41,661 bases of DNA from the NCBI GenBank assembly GCA_020721975.1, contig DYLR01000002.1, positions 1 to 41,661 of the forward strand, in the 5' to 3' direction. The DNA is from Blastopirellula marina (GTDB taxonomy: Bacteria; Planctomycetota; Phycisphaerae; Sedimentisphaerales; UBA12454). Made by a program: the position numbers and the translations under genes. Positions 17,545 to 27,246 of this stretch are shown here, piece after piece; position 1 is the stretch's first letter, and each line of letters opens with the position of its first letter. The notes beneath the pieces are model-generated. The model saw only the letters and a list, made by a program, of their open reading frames with translations. It ran no database searches and was not told where the DNA came from.

Positions 17545-17698
17545 ATTCCACACTCACCTTTCTGTTATGTACCGGAATCAGCCACGGAAGCTCATCGTCC
17601 TTTACAAAGACCCGGTACTCCTCATAGATTTTTTTCAGCTTCCATCCATGTGTCTCGAAAAGATTTAGGACTATCGAGAAATCAATTTCATTTTCCAT
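17495..17698 (-). CDS. hicA: HicA-like toxin
   Basis: LFETHGWKL...RVF...LIPVHNRKV; 67 aa, upstream of and overlapping hicB. Confidence 0.7.
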   Translation of the reverse strand: MENEIDFSIVLNLFETHGWKLKKIYEEYRVFVKDDELPWLIPVHNRKVSVEYVEKFKTFLEERGETD

Positions 17699-17756
17699 TA
17701 TTAAATCCTTTTAATCGACAAGGGGTGACTCCAAACCCGTCGATATATCTTGTTTT

Positions 17757-17784
17757 AGTATATCCTACGCTATACATTTGTCAA
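17757..17784 (-). promoter_or_regulatory. sigma70-type promoter of hicAB
   Basis: TTGACA-16 nt-TATACT on the minus strand; inverted repeat atcgac...gtcgat at 17714-17744 may be an operator. Confidence 0.6.
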
Positions 17785-17806
17785 GTATTTTAATAAATTT
17801 TCCCAT

Positions 17807-17839
17807 AAAAAAAAGATGGGTCATTTTCAGACCCATCTT
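17807..17839 (-). terminator. Intrinsic terminator after hppA
   Basis: aagatgggtc-tgaaaat-gacccatctt followed by a T-run on the minus strand. Confidence 0.8.
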
Positions 17840-17865
17840 AAATTGTCGTAAGTGCTTGTTATTGC

Positions 17866-20289
17866 TTACTTTGCGTGCAAACCGAGCGCCTGGGCGATAA
17901 TTGGGCCGAACTTTACCACTACACCCGCAAAGACCACTGCAACCATACTCATCAGCTTAATCAGAATATTCAAACTTGGTCCGCAGGTGTCTTTGAACGG
18001 GTCGCCCACCGTATCGCCGACAACCGCAGCCTTGTGAGCAGGGCTGCCTTTACCGCCGTAGTTGCCTTTTTCGATGAATTTCTTGGCATTGTCCCATGCA
18101 CCGCCGGCATTATTAAGCGTTACTGCCACCGCGAACCCTGCCGTCATACCGCCGACCAGCAGACCCATTACGCCTGCCACATCGAGCAGCAGACCCGTTG
18201 CAACCGGAACTATAATCGCCAGAAGGGACGGCAGAACCATTTCCTTTTGAGCCCCTGCAGTAGAAATTGATACGCAACGGGCATAGTCAGGTTTGCCTTT
18301 GCCTTCCATAATCCCCGGAATTTCCTTAAATTGTCTGCGAACTTCATTAACCATAGCGCCTGCGGCACGCCCGACGGCCTTCATACTCAAGGCACAGAAT
18401 ACAAACGCCATCATTGCGCCAATGAAAACGCCGCAGATTAGTTTGGGATTCATTATATTAAGGTCATAGGCCTGTGTGAAATCCGTAAGTGTGGCAGTTT
18501 TTGCCGAGGCTGCCGTGAAGACCACATCGCCGATTTTGTAAATTCCGTCCACACTTGCAGCGGCCATTCTGCCGACCCAAATACGAATTTCTTCCAAATA
18601 TGCCGCCAGCAGCGCAAGAGCAGTCAAAGCTGCCGAGCCGATGGCGAATCCTTTGCCCGTTGCCGCGGTGGTGTTGCCCAGTGCATCGAGGGCGTCGGTT
18701 CTTTTGCGAACTTCTGGTCCTAAACCGCTCATCTCGGCGTTGCCGCCGGCATTATCGGCTATCGGGCCGTAAGCATCGGTTGCCAGCGTGATTCCAAGTG
18801 TTGCCAGCATACCAACTGCTGCAAAGCCAATGCCGTAAAGACCGCTGAGTACATCTCTAAATCCGCCCGCGAATGTGTAAGCACAAAGAATGCCTGCTGC
18901 AATGGTAATTACCGGCAGCGCCGTTGAAAGCATGCCCGTGCCAAAGCCGTCGATAATTGTTGTGGCCGGGCCCATATTGGCCTGATATGCAATACCTTTT
19001 GTGGGTTTGTACTCATCCGAAGTAAAATATTCGGTGAACTGGCCGATAAGCACGCCTGCGATAAGGCCGGAGGCCACCGCCCCGAAGATTCCCCACGTAA
19101 TCCAGCCTGTAGCGGCCATCACTGCCAAAGCGACAAAAATCAGCGCCGTACTGCCAAGCGTTCCCAACAGCAGCGCACGCAGCAGATTCTTTTGTGAAGC
19201 GTCTTCTTTGCAGCGAACAAAGAAAATACCCGCGATTGACAGGATATTTCCGATACCTGCGATAATCATCGGAGCAAGTACCATTTTCAGCACGTTAGCT
19301 TCGGTTCTTGTCCCTAATGCTGCCCCGATTGCCATTGTTGACAGAATCGAGCCGCAATAGCTTTCGTAAAGGTCTGCGCCCATGCCCGCCACGTCGCCAA
19401 CGTTGTCACCGACGTTATCGGCAATGGTTGCCGGATTGCGGGGGTCGTCTTCCGGTATGCCAGCCTCGACTTTACCAACGAGGTCTGCACCCACATCAGC
19501 AGCTTTTGTATAAATGCCGCCGCCAACACGGGCAAACAAAGCCTGGGTTGAAGCTCCCATACCGAAAGTAATCATTGTGGTTGTGATTTCGACGAGTTTA
19601 TGATGTGCGTCCATACCGACCGGCACAAGCTGAAGGCCTAAAAATGTCATGCCGCTTTGCATGTGCTTTGCTGTATAAACGAGTTTGTCGAGAATTAAAT
19701 ACCACATTGATATATCCAAAAGGCCAAAGCCGACTACTACCAGCCCCATTACCGCACCTGACCGGAAAGCGACCTGCAAACCGCGATTAAGGCTTTCGCT
19801 TGCACCTTGGGCGGTTCGGCTGGATGCGTTGGTTGCGGTTTTCATACCGAGAAAGCCGCAAAGACCGCTGAAGAAGCCGCCTGTGAGAAAAGCTATCGGC
19901 ACAAACGGATTTTGCAATCCGAGATAAGCCAGCACGCCAAAAATAATCAACAGGGCAATGAATACGACCGTTACGACCTTATACTGCCTGAAAAGATAGG
20001 CGTAAGCTCCCTGGCGGACATAACCGGCGATTTCCTGCATTTTGTCGGCTCCTGCAGGAGCTTTCATCACCAGCTTATAGAAAAACAATGCAAAAAACAG
20101 CGCTGCCAAAGAACCGGCCGGGGCAATCCACCAGATTGCCGGTGTAGATGATTCAGATACGGCCTGGCCGGCATCGCAGCAAACGCCAGGGCTACTGATA
20201 TCGCAACATAGCGATTGTTCTGCAAATGTGAAGCAGCTAAATGCCGTTATCATTGCGACAAACAGAAATCCGACGACAAACTTATTCAT
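17866..20289 (-). CDS. hppA: Membrane-integral pyrophosphatase, K+-dependent, probably Na+-translocating
   Basis: [46 protein letters not shown] (Ala at the K+-dependence position), [17 protein letters not shown]. Start placed at ATG 20289. Confidence 0.93.
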   Translation of the reverse strand: MNKFVVGFLFVAMITAFSCFTFAEQSLCCDISSPGVCCDAGQAVSESSTPAIWWIAPAGSLAALFFALFFYKLVMKAPAGADKMQEIAGYVRQGAYAYLFRQYKVVTVVFIALLIIFGVLAYLGLQNPFVPIAFLTGGFFSGLCGFLGMKTATNASSRTAQGASESLNRGLQVAFRSGAVMGLVVVGFGLLDISMWYLILDKLVYTAKHMQSGMTFLGLQLVPVGMDAHHKLVEITTTMITFGMGASTQALFARVGGGIYTKAADVGADLVGKVEAGIPEDDPRNPATIADNVGDNVGDVAGMGADLYESYCGSILSTMAIGAALGTRTEANVLKMVLAPMIIAGIGNILSIAGIFFVRCKEDASQKNLLRALLLGTLGSTALIFVALAVMAATGWITWGIFGAVASGLIAGVLIGQFTEYFTSDEYKPTKGIAYQANMGPATTIIDGFGTGMLSTALPVITIAAGILCAYTFAGGFRDVLSGLYGIGFAAVGMLATLGITLATDAYGPIADNAGGNAEMSGLGPEVRKRTDALDALGNTTAATGKGFAIGSAALTALALLAAYLEEIRIWVGRMAAASVDGIYKIGDVVFTAASAKTATLTDFTQAYDLNIMNPKLICGVFIGAMMAFVFCALSMKAVGRAAGAMVNEVRRQFKEIPGIMEGKGKPDYARCVSISTAGAQKEMVLPSLLAIIVPVATGLLLDVAGVMGLLVGGMTAGFAVAVTLNNAGGAWDNAKKFIEKGNYGGKGSPAHKAAVVGDTVGDPFKDTCGPSLNILIKLMSMVAVVFAGVVVKFGPIIAQALGLHAK

Positions 20290-20587
20290 TGGGCATCCTT
20301 TCCGAATTACACAACTAATAAAGGTTTTTGCGATTAATGCGCAATTTCCGTAAAAGTGTAGTGGATTTAAAACCAAATGCAAGAAGAAATTTAGGATTGT
20401 TCAATCTGAAAAATTGCTGTTATCGGGTTAATGCCGACAAACCGCGAATAGGTTTTATTTATCGCTTTTGTCGCAATTTTGTCAGGAACTGCGCGGGTGT
20501 GAAAATCAATGATTGCATTGCCGGCATTCATATTGTTAAAATACTACCAATGAAATGTTCTGTTGAAAAGAATGATGTTTCCCGTTA

Positions 20588-22177
20588 TTGGTGAAGGTTT
20601 TTATGATGAATCCTTCGAGAAAAAGACGCCTTTTCAGGATTGTTGTGCCGGCCTTTCCGGCTTTTAATATCTATTCCCATATAGCCAAACAAACCACGGC
20701 TTTAGGACCGGTTTGCGTGGCGACTGCCGTCAATAAAATGGCCGCGTGGGATGTTGAGGTTATTGACGAAAACAATCTCGGCAGATTCGGACCCAGAGGA
20801 CAGGATTGCGGAGCCGACCACGAGTATCTGCAAAAAATCAGGCCTGCCGATGTAGTTGGATTTTATGGCGGACTTACCAGTACTATACCGAGGCTGTATC
20901 AGCTGGCGCGGTTTTATAAAAATCAGGGGATTACCACAATTGCCGGCGGACAGCATTTTGCCGAGGATAATATAGCCGAGGCGCTGTCCGGCAGTATCGA
21001 CTATATTGTAATAGGCGAAGGCGAAGAAACAATCAGGGAACTGCTGGACGCATTTGAAACCAATAATGACGTAAGCAAAATCGCAGGCATTGCATATCTG
21101 AAAAACGGCAATATTGTAATTACTGCAAAACGCCAGCGGCTGACCGATTTTGACAAACTGCCTCTGCCGGATTTTTCACTCGTTCGATACGCGAAATTAA
21201 AGATTTATCCCGTCGAAAGGATACGCGGCTGCGGAATGAATTGCGAGTTCTGCACCGTTAAAGACAAGCCGAGATTTGCCGAGCCGCAGCGGCTGCTTGA
21301 CCATATAGCGCTTCTGGTGGAGACAAGAAACGCCAGACATTTTTTTATAGTCGATGATCTTTTCGGTCAGCAGCGCGACGAAACAATAAGGTTTTGCAAT
21401 ATGCTTGCGGATTACGAAAAAACGATAGGCAGAAGGCTTGGCATAACGGTTCAAATAAGACTGGACAAGGCTCGCGACAGCGAACTGCTGTCTGCGATGA
21501 GACGTGCAGGTATTACAAATGTAGCTATTGGTTTTGAATCGCCGATTGAGCAGGAACTTAAGGCCATGAACAAGCATGTAAACGCAGCCGATATGCAGTC
21601 GCTTGCGCGAATATACCACAAATTCGGCTTTCTGGTGCATGGCATGTTCATTTTTGGTTATCCGCTGCAGGAAAACGTCAAGTTTGAAATGTCCGCCGAA
21701 CAGCGAGTAAAAATCTACAGGGATTTCATAAAAAAAGCGAAAATAGATACGGTGCAGGTGCTGCTGACCTGTCCGCTGCCGGGTACGGAATTGAGAGAAA
21801 GGCTGAAAAAGCAGAACCGTATTTTCCCGCTCAGGGATATTGGATGGGAATACTATGACGGCAACTTCCCACTGTTTGTTCCTGATGAGCCTCTAACCCC
21901 TGAAGAAATGCAGAATTCGGCAAGAAAAATCATGGGCAGGTTTTACCGCTTAAAAGATATGTTTCTTATAGCGATGAATATCTTTTCTTTCCCTGCCATT
22001 ATTTTCTTTGTTCATAATTTTAAGGCCGGCTGGAAGAGGTGGTATCGGCTGTGGCGTAATCACCTTGTGCGTTTCGGCGGCTGGATGATTATCAGGCGAT
22101 GGAATTCGCAGTTCGGCAAAAATAAATTCCTGCAAAAACTGAAAAATGCGAAGGAGCATCTCGTCACAGTGCAATAA
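20588..22177 (+). CDS. B12-binding-domain radical SAM protein
   Basis: RGCGMNCEFC (CX3CX2C); N-terminal GGQH/GEGE cobalamin-binding-like domain; IGFES, FIFG, PLPGT. Confidence 0.88.
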   Translation: MVKVFMMNPSRKRRLFRIVVPAFPAFNIYSHIAKQTTALGPVCVATAVNKMAAWDVEVIDENNLGRFGPRGQDCGADHEYLQKIRPADVVGFYGGLTSTIPRLYQLARFYKNQGITTIAGGQHFAEDNIAEALSGSIDYIVIGEGEETIRELLDAFETNNDVSKIAGIAYLKNGNIVITAKRQRLTDFDKLPLPDFSLVRYAKLKIYPVERIRGCGMNCEFCTVKDKPRFAEPQRLLDHIALLVETRNARHFFIVDDLFGQQRDETIRFCNMLADYEKTIGRRLGITVQIRLDKARDSELLSAMRRAGITNVAIGFESPIEQELKAMNKHVNAADMQSLARIYHKFGFLVHGMFIFGYPLQENVKFEMSAEQRVKIYRDFIKKAKIDTVQVLLTCPLPGTELRERLKKQNRIFPLRDIGWEYYDGNFPLFVPDEPLTPEEMQNSARKIMGRFYRLKDMFLIAMNIFSFPAIIFFVHNFKAGWKRWYRLWRNHLVRFGGWMIIRRWNSQFGKNKFLQKLKNAKEHLVTVQ

Positions 22178-22372
22178 ATTTGATATCGCATCATGAAATT
22201 TCTTTCGCGGTTTTTGGCCGAAACCGAAAGGCTGTGAGAAATATACTGGAACAATGTGGGAACAATATGGTACAGCCGCCTATTATTTCAAAAAAGCAGT
22301 CAGGAGTTTCTGTTAGTTTATTCAGGAAACCTGTTGAGTAAATGTGATTGTTGGGAAACATTTTTCGTCTAT

Positions 22373-22517
22373 GTCAGCCCCGATGCCTGTCATTGGGGTC
22401 AGATTTATGCAAAGTCGTGATTACACTATACTGTTGACCCGCAGGACTGGCCTGCGGGCTAACCGCGGGGCGTAAAAATGCGGAGACCAAACCCGCCGAA
22501 TAAATCGGCGGGCTAAC
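22373..22517. repeat. Cluster of three REP-like palindromes between convergent genes
   Basis: gtcagccccgatgcctgtcattggggtc (22373-22400), acccgcaggactggcctgcgggctaac (22437-22463), acccgccgaataaatcggcgggctaac (22491-22517). Confidence 0.75.
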
Positions 22518-22554
22518 AGGCTTATTGTGTTAGAGGTTCTAACAATCGCAGGCC

Positions 22555-23868
22555 CTAAATATTGAACGTTTTGTTCAGTTTTTTATGTTTAAATTTTTTA
22601 CGGCCATCGGCGTATTCCGCGACGGTTTGTCCGCTGCCGATGAGCTTCCATTTATAGATTACAAGCCCTTCAAGGCCGACAGGGCCGCGAGCATGAATTT
22701 TATTTGTGCTGATGCCCACTTCTGCACCAAGGCCGAAACGATAACCGTCGCTGAATCTTGTGCTTGCATTCCAGAAGACATCGGCAGAGTCAACCATTTC
22801 CATAAATTTCGCCGCAGCCTTTGAGTCCGTACATACTATCGCGTCGGTATGATGTGAGCCGTACTCGTTTATATGGTCAATTGCCTCATCGAGGCTGTCA
22901 ACAACCCGTATGGAAATTATCGAATCGAGATATTCCGTTCGCCAGTCGGTTTCGCCGGCGGCAGCGGCTTTGATTATTTTTCGGGTTTTTTTGCAGCCGC
23001 GAAGTTCAACGCCTTTTTCAGACAAAACTTTTGCGACAGCCGGCAGAAATTTGCCGGCAATATCCTTATGAACAAGCAGCGTTTCAGCGGCATTGCAGAC
23101 CGCGACATACTGGGTTTTGGAATCAACGGCGATTTTCACGGCCATATCGATTTGTGCATCGCTGTGGACATAAACATGGCATATTCCGTCGGCGTGGCCA
23201 AGCACCGCGATATTCGTATTATCCATTATATGCCGGACAAACTCGTTTGAGCCTCGCGGAATAATCAAATCGACGTACTTATCGAGCTTGAGCATTTCGG
23301 CCACGTCCTGCCTGGTCTCAAGCAGTTGAATCCAGCCTGCGGGCATACCCGCATCCACAGACGCCTGCAAAATTATTTCGGCAAGTATTTTGTTTGTATT
23401 GATTGCCTCTGAGCCGCCTTTGAGAAGGACGGCATTGCCGCTTTTCAGACACAGCGTTGAAATCTGCACCAGAGCATCGGGCCTTGATTCGAAGATTATT
23501 CCGATTACGCCCAGCGGACAACTTACTTTATAAAGTTCCAGTCCGTCGTCGAGTTCGGTCGCATCGAGCGTTTTGCCGACAGGGTCGTCGAGATTGATAA
23601 GACTGTCTATGCCGTCGCAGACGTCCTGCAGTTTTTTTGAGTCGAATTTCAGCCTTTTTAGCAGCGATTCTGCGAGATTTTCCTGCCGGGCATGCGCTAT
23701 GTCGGCCTGGTTGGCGGATATGATTTTTTCCGCATTGGCTTTCAGGCTGTCGCGGATTTGGATTAGTGCGGAGTTTTTGGCTTTTGCAGTCATCGCCGCG
23801 AGTTTCAAACCTGCCGAACGGGCAGCACCTGCCGATTGTTCAATTGCTGTTGCCATTATATTTGACAC
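22555..23868 (-). CDS. proA: Gamma-glutamyl phosphate reductase
   Basis: PLGVIGIIFESRP, LKSGNAVLLKGGSEA, IPRG, VCNAAETLLV, SHHTDAI, NASTRFSDG, GISTNKIHARGPVGL. Confidence 0.96.
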   Translation of the reverse strand: MSNIMATAIEQSAGAARSAGLKLAAMTAKAKNSALIQIRDSLKANAEKIISANQADIAHARQENLAESLLKRLKFDSKKLQDVCDGIDSLINLDDPVGKTLDATELDDGLELYKVSCPLGVIGIIFESRPDALVQISTLCLKSGNAVLLKGGSEAINTNKILAEIILQASVDAGMPAGWIQLLETRQDVAEMLKLDKYVDLIIPRGSNEFVRHIMDNTNIAVLGHADGICHVYVHSDAQIDMAVKIAVDSKTQYVAVCNAAETLLVHKDIAGKFLPAVAKVLSEKGVELRGCKKTRKIIKAAAAGETDWRTEYLDSIISIRVVDSLDEAIDHINEYGSHHTDAIVCTDSKAAAKFMEMVDSADVFWNASTRFSDGYRFGLGAEVGISTNKIHARGPVGLEGLVIYKWKLIGSGQTVAEYADGRKKFKHKKLNKTFNI

Positions 23869-23999
23869 CTTATTATTGGCGGCATTTTATCAGAATTTAC
23901 GGACAAGTCCACTGTTTTTGAAATGTGGTTTGTGTACCTTGAAAGCGTATATTTTATAATTCTATAACACTGTATTGCCTTTTGTTATTGTGAGCTAAT

Positions 24000-24797
24000 T
24001 TATTTATCTTTTTTGTATCGGCAGCAGGTTTTGTCGGTTTCCCATATTGCAACTTCGTGCAATTGAGCATTGGGGAATTTGCCTTGTAGTCTGTTCCAGG
24101 CCAGCTCGGCAATATTTTCCACGGTTGGAATTTTATCCGAAAAGCCTTCCACATCCTGATTGAGATTTTTATGGTCAACCGCGTCAATAAAATTTTCATC
24201 AATAACCTGCTCAAACCTGCCTATATCGAATGGGCCGCTGTGCCGTGAAATTGTAACCTCAAGCGTATAATTATGGCCGTGGCCTGCGGGATTGGCGCAT
24301 TTTCCGAACTTTTCAAAGTTCCATTGCTCGTCAAATCTGTCGTTCCAGAGTTTATGACTGGCGGCAAACTCAAATTTTTCGCTGTAATACATCATACCGG
24401 CAAACTCCGAATCAATTTTAATTTTCCGGGCGGGATTCATTTCAAGAGCTAAACTGCACAGCCGGCCTGCGGGCAGATTGTCGGCGAGCTTGTGCCAGAC
24501 ACACCGCAGCATATCGGCAAGCTGTTCAATTGTTATATTTTTTTTATTTCGCCAGGCAGTTTGAATATCATCGGCAATCAGCCCGACGGCGGTGTTTGTG
24601 ACAATATCGTCAATGTCCATTACGTTAATCACAAAGCCGGTATTCACATCGACTCTGCCGGCAAGTTCAACCCATAACGCAAGATAAAACGCAAGACCGC
24701 GGCCGCAGGGTCTGCCGGCGAGCGAATTGCAGCCGGACGTTTGTTCGACTGCAAACGGGTCAATGTTAAATCTGACTTGTCTTAATAATTTGTGCAT
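24000..24797 (-). CDS. queD: 6-carboxy-tetrahydropterin synthase (QueD/PTPS), tandem two-domain form
   Basis: C-terminal F.ASHKL...FGKCANPAGHGHNY...DHKNLN...PTVEN...WET; degenerate N-terminal copy (G.VD.NTGFVIN). Confidence 0.85.
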   Translation of the reverse strand: MHKLLRQVRFNIDPFAVEQTSGCNSLAGRPCGRGLAFYLALWVELAGRVDVNTGFVINVMDIDDIVTNTAVGLIADDIQTAWRNKKNITIEQLADMLRCVWHKLADNLPAGRLCSLALEMNPARKIKIDSEFAGMMYYSEKFEFAASHKLWNDRFDEQWNFEKFGKCANPAGHGHNYTLEVTISRHSGPFDIGRFEQVIDENFIDAVDHKNLNQDVEGFSDKIPTVENIAELAWNRLQGKFPNAQLHEVAIWETDKTCCRYKKDK

Positions 24798-24801
24798 TAC
24801 C

Positions 24802-24836
24802 CAGAACTTAGAATACAGAACTCAGAACACAGAATA
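24802..24836 (+). repeat. Five tandem CAGAA(C/T)N heptamers between folE and queD
   Basis: cagaact tagaata cagaact cagaaca cagaata; same unit family as the argS repeat. Confidence 0.85.
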
Positions 24837-24850
24837 AAGAGTTTTTCTTC

Positions 24851-25423
24851 TTATTTATTGTGCATTAAATGCAATACTTCCGCTCTGCTGCGGGGGTCTT
24901 TTTTGAATATGCCGCGAAGCGCAGATGTTACCATAACCGAGCCGGGCTTTTTGATGCCGCGAATTGTCATACAGCTATGGCTTGCTTCCAGCACAACCGC
25001 CACACCCTGCGGAGCAAGCTGATTCATAAGAAAATCGGCGATTTGTGTAGTAAGGCGTTCCTGCACCTGCAGGCGTTTTGCAAAACTATCGACAATTCTT
25101 GCGAGCTTGCTTATGCCTATAACCCGCTCATCCGGCAGATATGCCACGTGAGCGACCCCGATAAACGGCATCAAATGATGTTCGCATACGCTGTAAAATG
25201 GGATATCGCGCAAAAGCACCACTTCATCGCATTTTTCCGTAAATACGCTCTGGACGTGTGCCTGCGGTTTTTCAAAATGACCTGCCAAAAGTTCCTGATA
25301 CATCTGTGCGACCCGCCTGGGAGTATTTTTGAGACCCTCGCGTCTGGTATTTTCGCCTATTGCAAGAAGAATTTCCCGCACAGCCTTTTCAATTCTCGGC
25401 ACATCAATTTTTTTATTTGCCAT
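24851..25423 (-). CDS. folE: GTP cyclohydrolase I
   Basis: REGL..TP.RVA, SVCEHHLMPF.G, GISKLAR, RLQVQERLT, HSCMTIRG. Start at ATG 25423. Confidence 0.96.
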   Translation of the reverse strand: MANKKIDVPRIEKAVREILLAIGENTRREGLKNTPRRVAQMYQELLAGHFEKPQAHVQSVFTEKCDEVVLLRDIPFYSVCEHHLMPFIGVAHVAYLPDERVIGISKLARIVDSFAKRLQVQERLTTQIADFLMNQLAPQGVAVVLEASHSCMTIRGIKKPGSVMVTSALRGIFKKDPRSRAEVLHLMHNK

Positions 25424-25449
25424 TTGAAACCTCAAAAGGAAGGGTTTTT

Positions 25450-25474
25450 GCCCCGCGGCCTGCCCGCGGGGTTC
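25450..25474. repeat. REP-like palindrome between pepA and folE
   Basis: ccccgcgg-cctgc-ccgcgggg. Confidence 0.55.
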
Positions 25475-25482
25475 ATAAGCCA

Positions 25483-27009
25483 TTACTTCACCATATTTAT
25501 CACATACTGCACAAACAATCTTACGCCGAAGCCGCGGGAATGCGGGTCGGCGAATTTCTTCATCGGTTCGCAGGCCTGTGTGACGGGAGCCATATCAATA
25601 TGCGCCCACGGCGTTTTGTCTGCAAATTCCCCGATAAACGACGCGCCGGTACACGCTCCGCCGTTGCGAGTGCCGATATTTTTCAAATCGGCGATTTTGC
25701 TTTTCATCTCTTCAAGATACTCATCGCCGCAGGGCAGATGCCAGACCGGCTCGCCGGACTGCTGCGAGGCTTGTTTAATTTGCTCGATGAGTTTTTCGTT
25801 GTTGCCCATGAGACCGGCCTTATATGTACCGAGAGCAACCATACAAGCTCCTGTAAGTGTGGCGATATCAATCATCGGTTCGCAACCGAGCTGTTTTGCA
25901 TAATGCAGGCCGTCGGCGAGAATGAGCCTGCCTTCGGCGTCGGTATTTTGCACCTCGACGGTTTTGCCGCTGTATGTTGTAATGATGTCGCCGGGGCGAT
26001 AGCTTGTGGCGGAAGGAATATTTTCCACGGCACATATCACCGCAAATACTCTGACCGGCAGTTTGAGTTTTGCAATGGCCTGCATTGAAGCCAGCACCGC
26101 TGCGCCGCCGGACATATCCATTTTCATCTCGTCCATATTCTGTGCCGGCTTAATGGACAGTCCGCCCGAATCAAAACAAACAGCCTTGCCGACAAGCCCC
26201 AGCGGTTTTTTATTTACCGCCTTGCCGGGATTGTATTTCAACACAATCATACATGGTCGATGTTCCGAGCCTGAGCCGACGGCGAGAATACCGCCCATTT
26301 TTTTTATTTTAAGCTGTGATTCGTTAAGTATTGTGCAGCTAAGGCCTGCGGTTTGCCTTGCGGTTCTTTTGGCGATTTCAGCCAGTTCGGCTGGATATAT
26401 CATATTGGCAGGCCTGTTGGCAAGGGTGCGCGCAAAATTTTGAGTCTGGCCGATGACATCGCCGATTTTAATTCCTGCCGAGATTTTTTTGAGCGTCTGC
26501 TCTTTCGGCTCGACAATGGTAATATCAACGGCTGCCGGTCTGCCGTTTTTTTCGGAGGTGATAAATTCGTCATATTTATAGATGCCGAAATGTACCGCTT
26601 CAGCTATTATGCGTCCGATTTGTTCTGCATCGAATTTTTTTTCGTCGAACAGGCTGTGCAGAAACATCGCGGCATTGGAAACTTTCAGGCCGACTGCTTC
26701 CTTTGCGGCTTTGCAGACGGCCTGACGCAGCGTTTCATAAGATGCATCTTTGCTTTCGCCAAGTCCAACCAGTAAAAGTCTGTCGGCCTTGATTTTTCCG
26801 CCGGAATAAAGCACGGCGGTCCGGCCTTTTTTACCGTCAAAATCGCCGAGTTTTTTAAGCTGGTCAATCGCACCATCGAGCTTTTCGTTAAGGTGTTTAT
26901 AAAGCTGCTCCGATGGTTTTGTATCGCTGAACAGCCCGACTGCGAGCAGTTGCGCTTTTTCGATACTCGTCGCCGATTTGATTGTTACCTTTAATAATTC
27001 TCTGGGCAT
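25483..27009 (-). CDS. pepA: Leucyl aminopeptidase (M17)
   Basis: VGKAVCFDSGGLSIK, MKMDMSG, NTDAEGRLILAD, DIATLTGA, WAHIDMA. Confidence 0.95.
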   Translation of the reverse strand: MPRELLKVTIKSATSIEKAQLLAVGLFSDTKPSEQLYKHLNEKLDGAIDQLKKLGDFDGKKGRTAVLYSGGKIKADRLLLVGLGESKDASYETLRQAVCKAAKEAVGLKVSNAAMFLHSLFDEKKFDAEQIGRIIAEAVHFGIYKYDEFITSEKNGRPAAVDITIVEPKEQTLKKISAGIKIGDVIGQTQNFARTLANRPANMIYPAELAEIAKRTARQTAGLSCTILNESQLKIKKMGGILAVGSGSEHRPCMIVLKYNPGKAVNKKPLGLVGKAVCFDSGGLSIKPAQNMDEMKMDMSGGAAVLASMQAIAKLKLPVRVFAVICAVENIPSATSYRPGDIITTYSGKTVEVQNTDAEGRLILADGLHYAKQLGCEPMIDIATLTGACMVALGTYKAGLMGNNEKLIEQIKQASQQSGEPVWHLPCGDEYLEEMKSKIADLKNIGTRNGGACTGASFIGEFADKTPWAHIDMAPVTQACEPMKKFADPHSRGFGVRLFVQYVINMVK

Positions 27010-27029
27010 AAAATATTTCCTCTATGCTG

Positions 27030-27233
27030 TTATTCGTTCACAATACTTCCATTTTTCCAATCACGTAAACAGTTATGGCAAAGATGTAAATTTTCACTCC
27101 CTGTGGGATCTTCAACATCAAGAAGCAACTTATGATTTTTTGAATACTCTCCTTTTTCAGGATTATATTCCCAGCTTATCCAGGCCTTTTGAATATTTAT
27201 AATAGCAGGCGAATTACAATTATCACAATTCAT
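27030..27233 (-). CDS. Small hypothetical zinc-ribbon protein
   Basis: CDNC at the N-terminus and CHNC near the C-terminus; fills the prfB-pepA gap with 13- and 20-nt spacers. Confidence 0.6.
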   Translation of the reverse strand: MNCDNCNSPAIINIQKAWISWEYNPEKGEYSKNHKLLLDVEDPTGSENLHLCHNCLRDWKNGSIVNE

Positions 27234-27246
27234 TTTTTCTTTCGTA

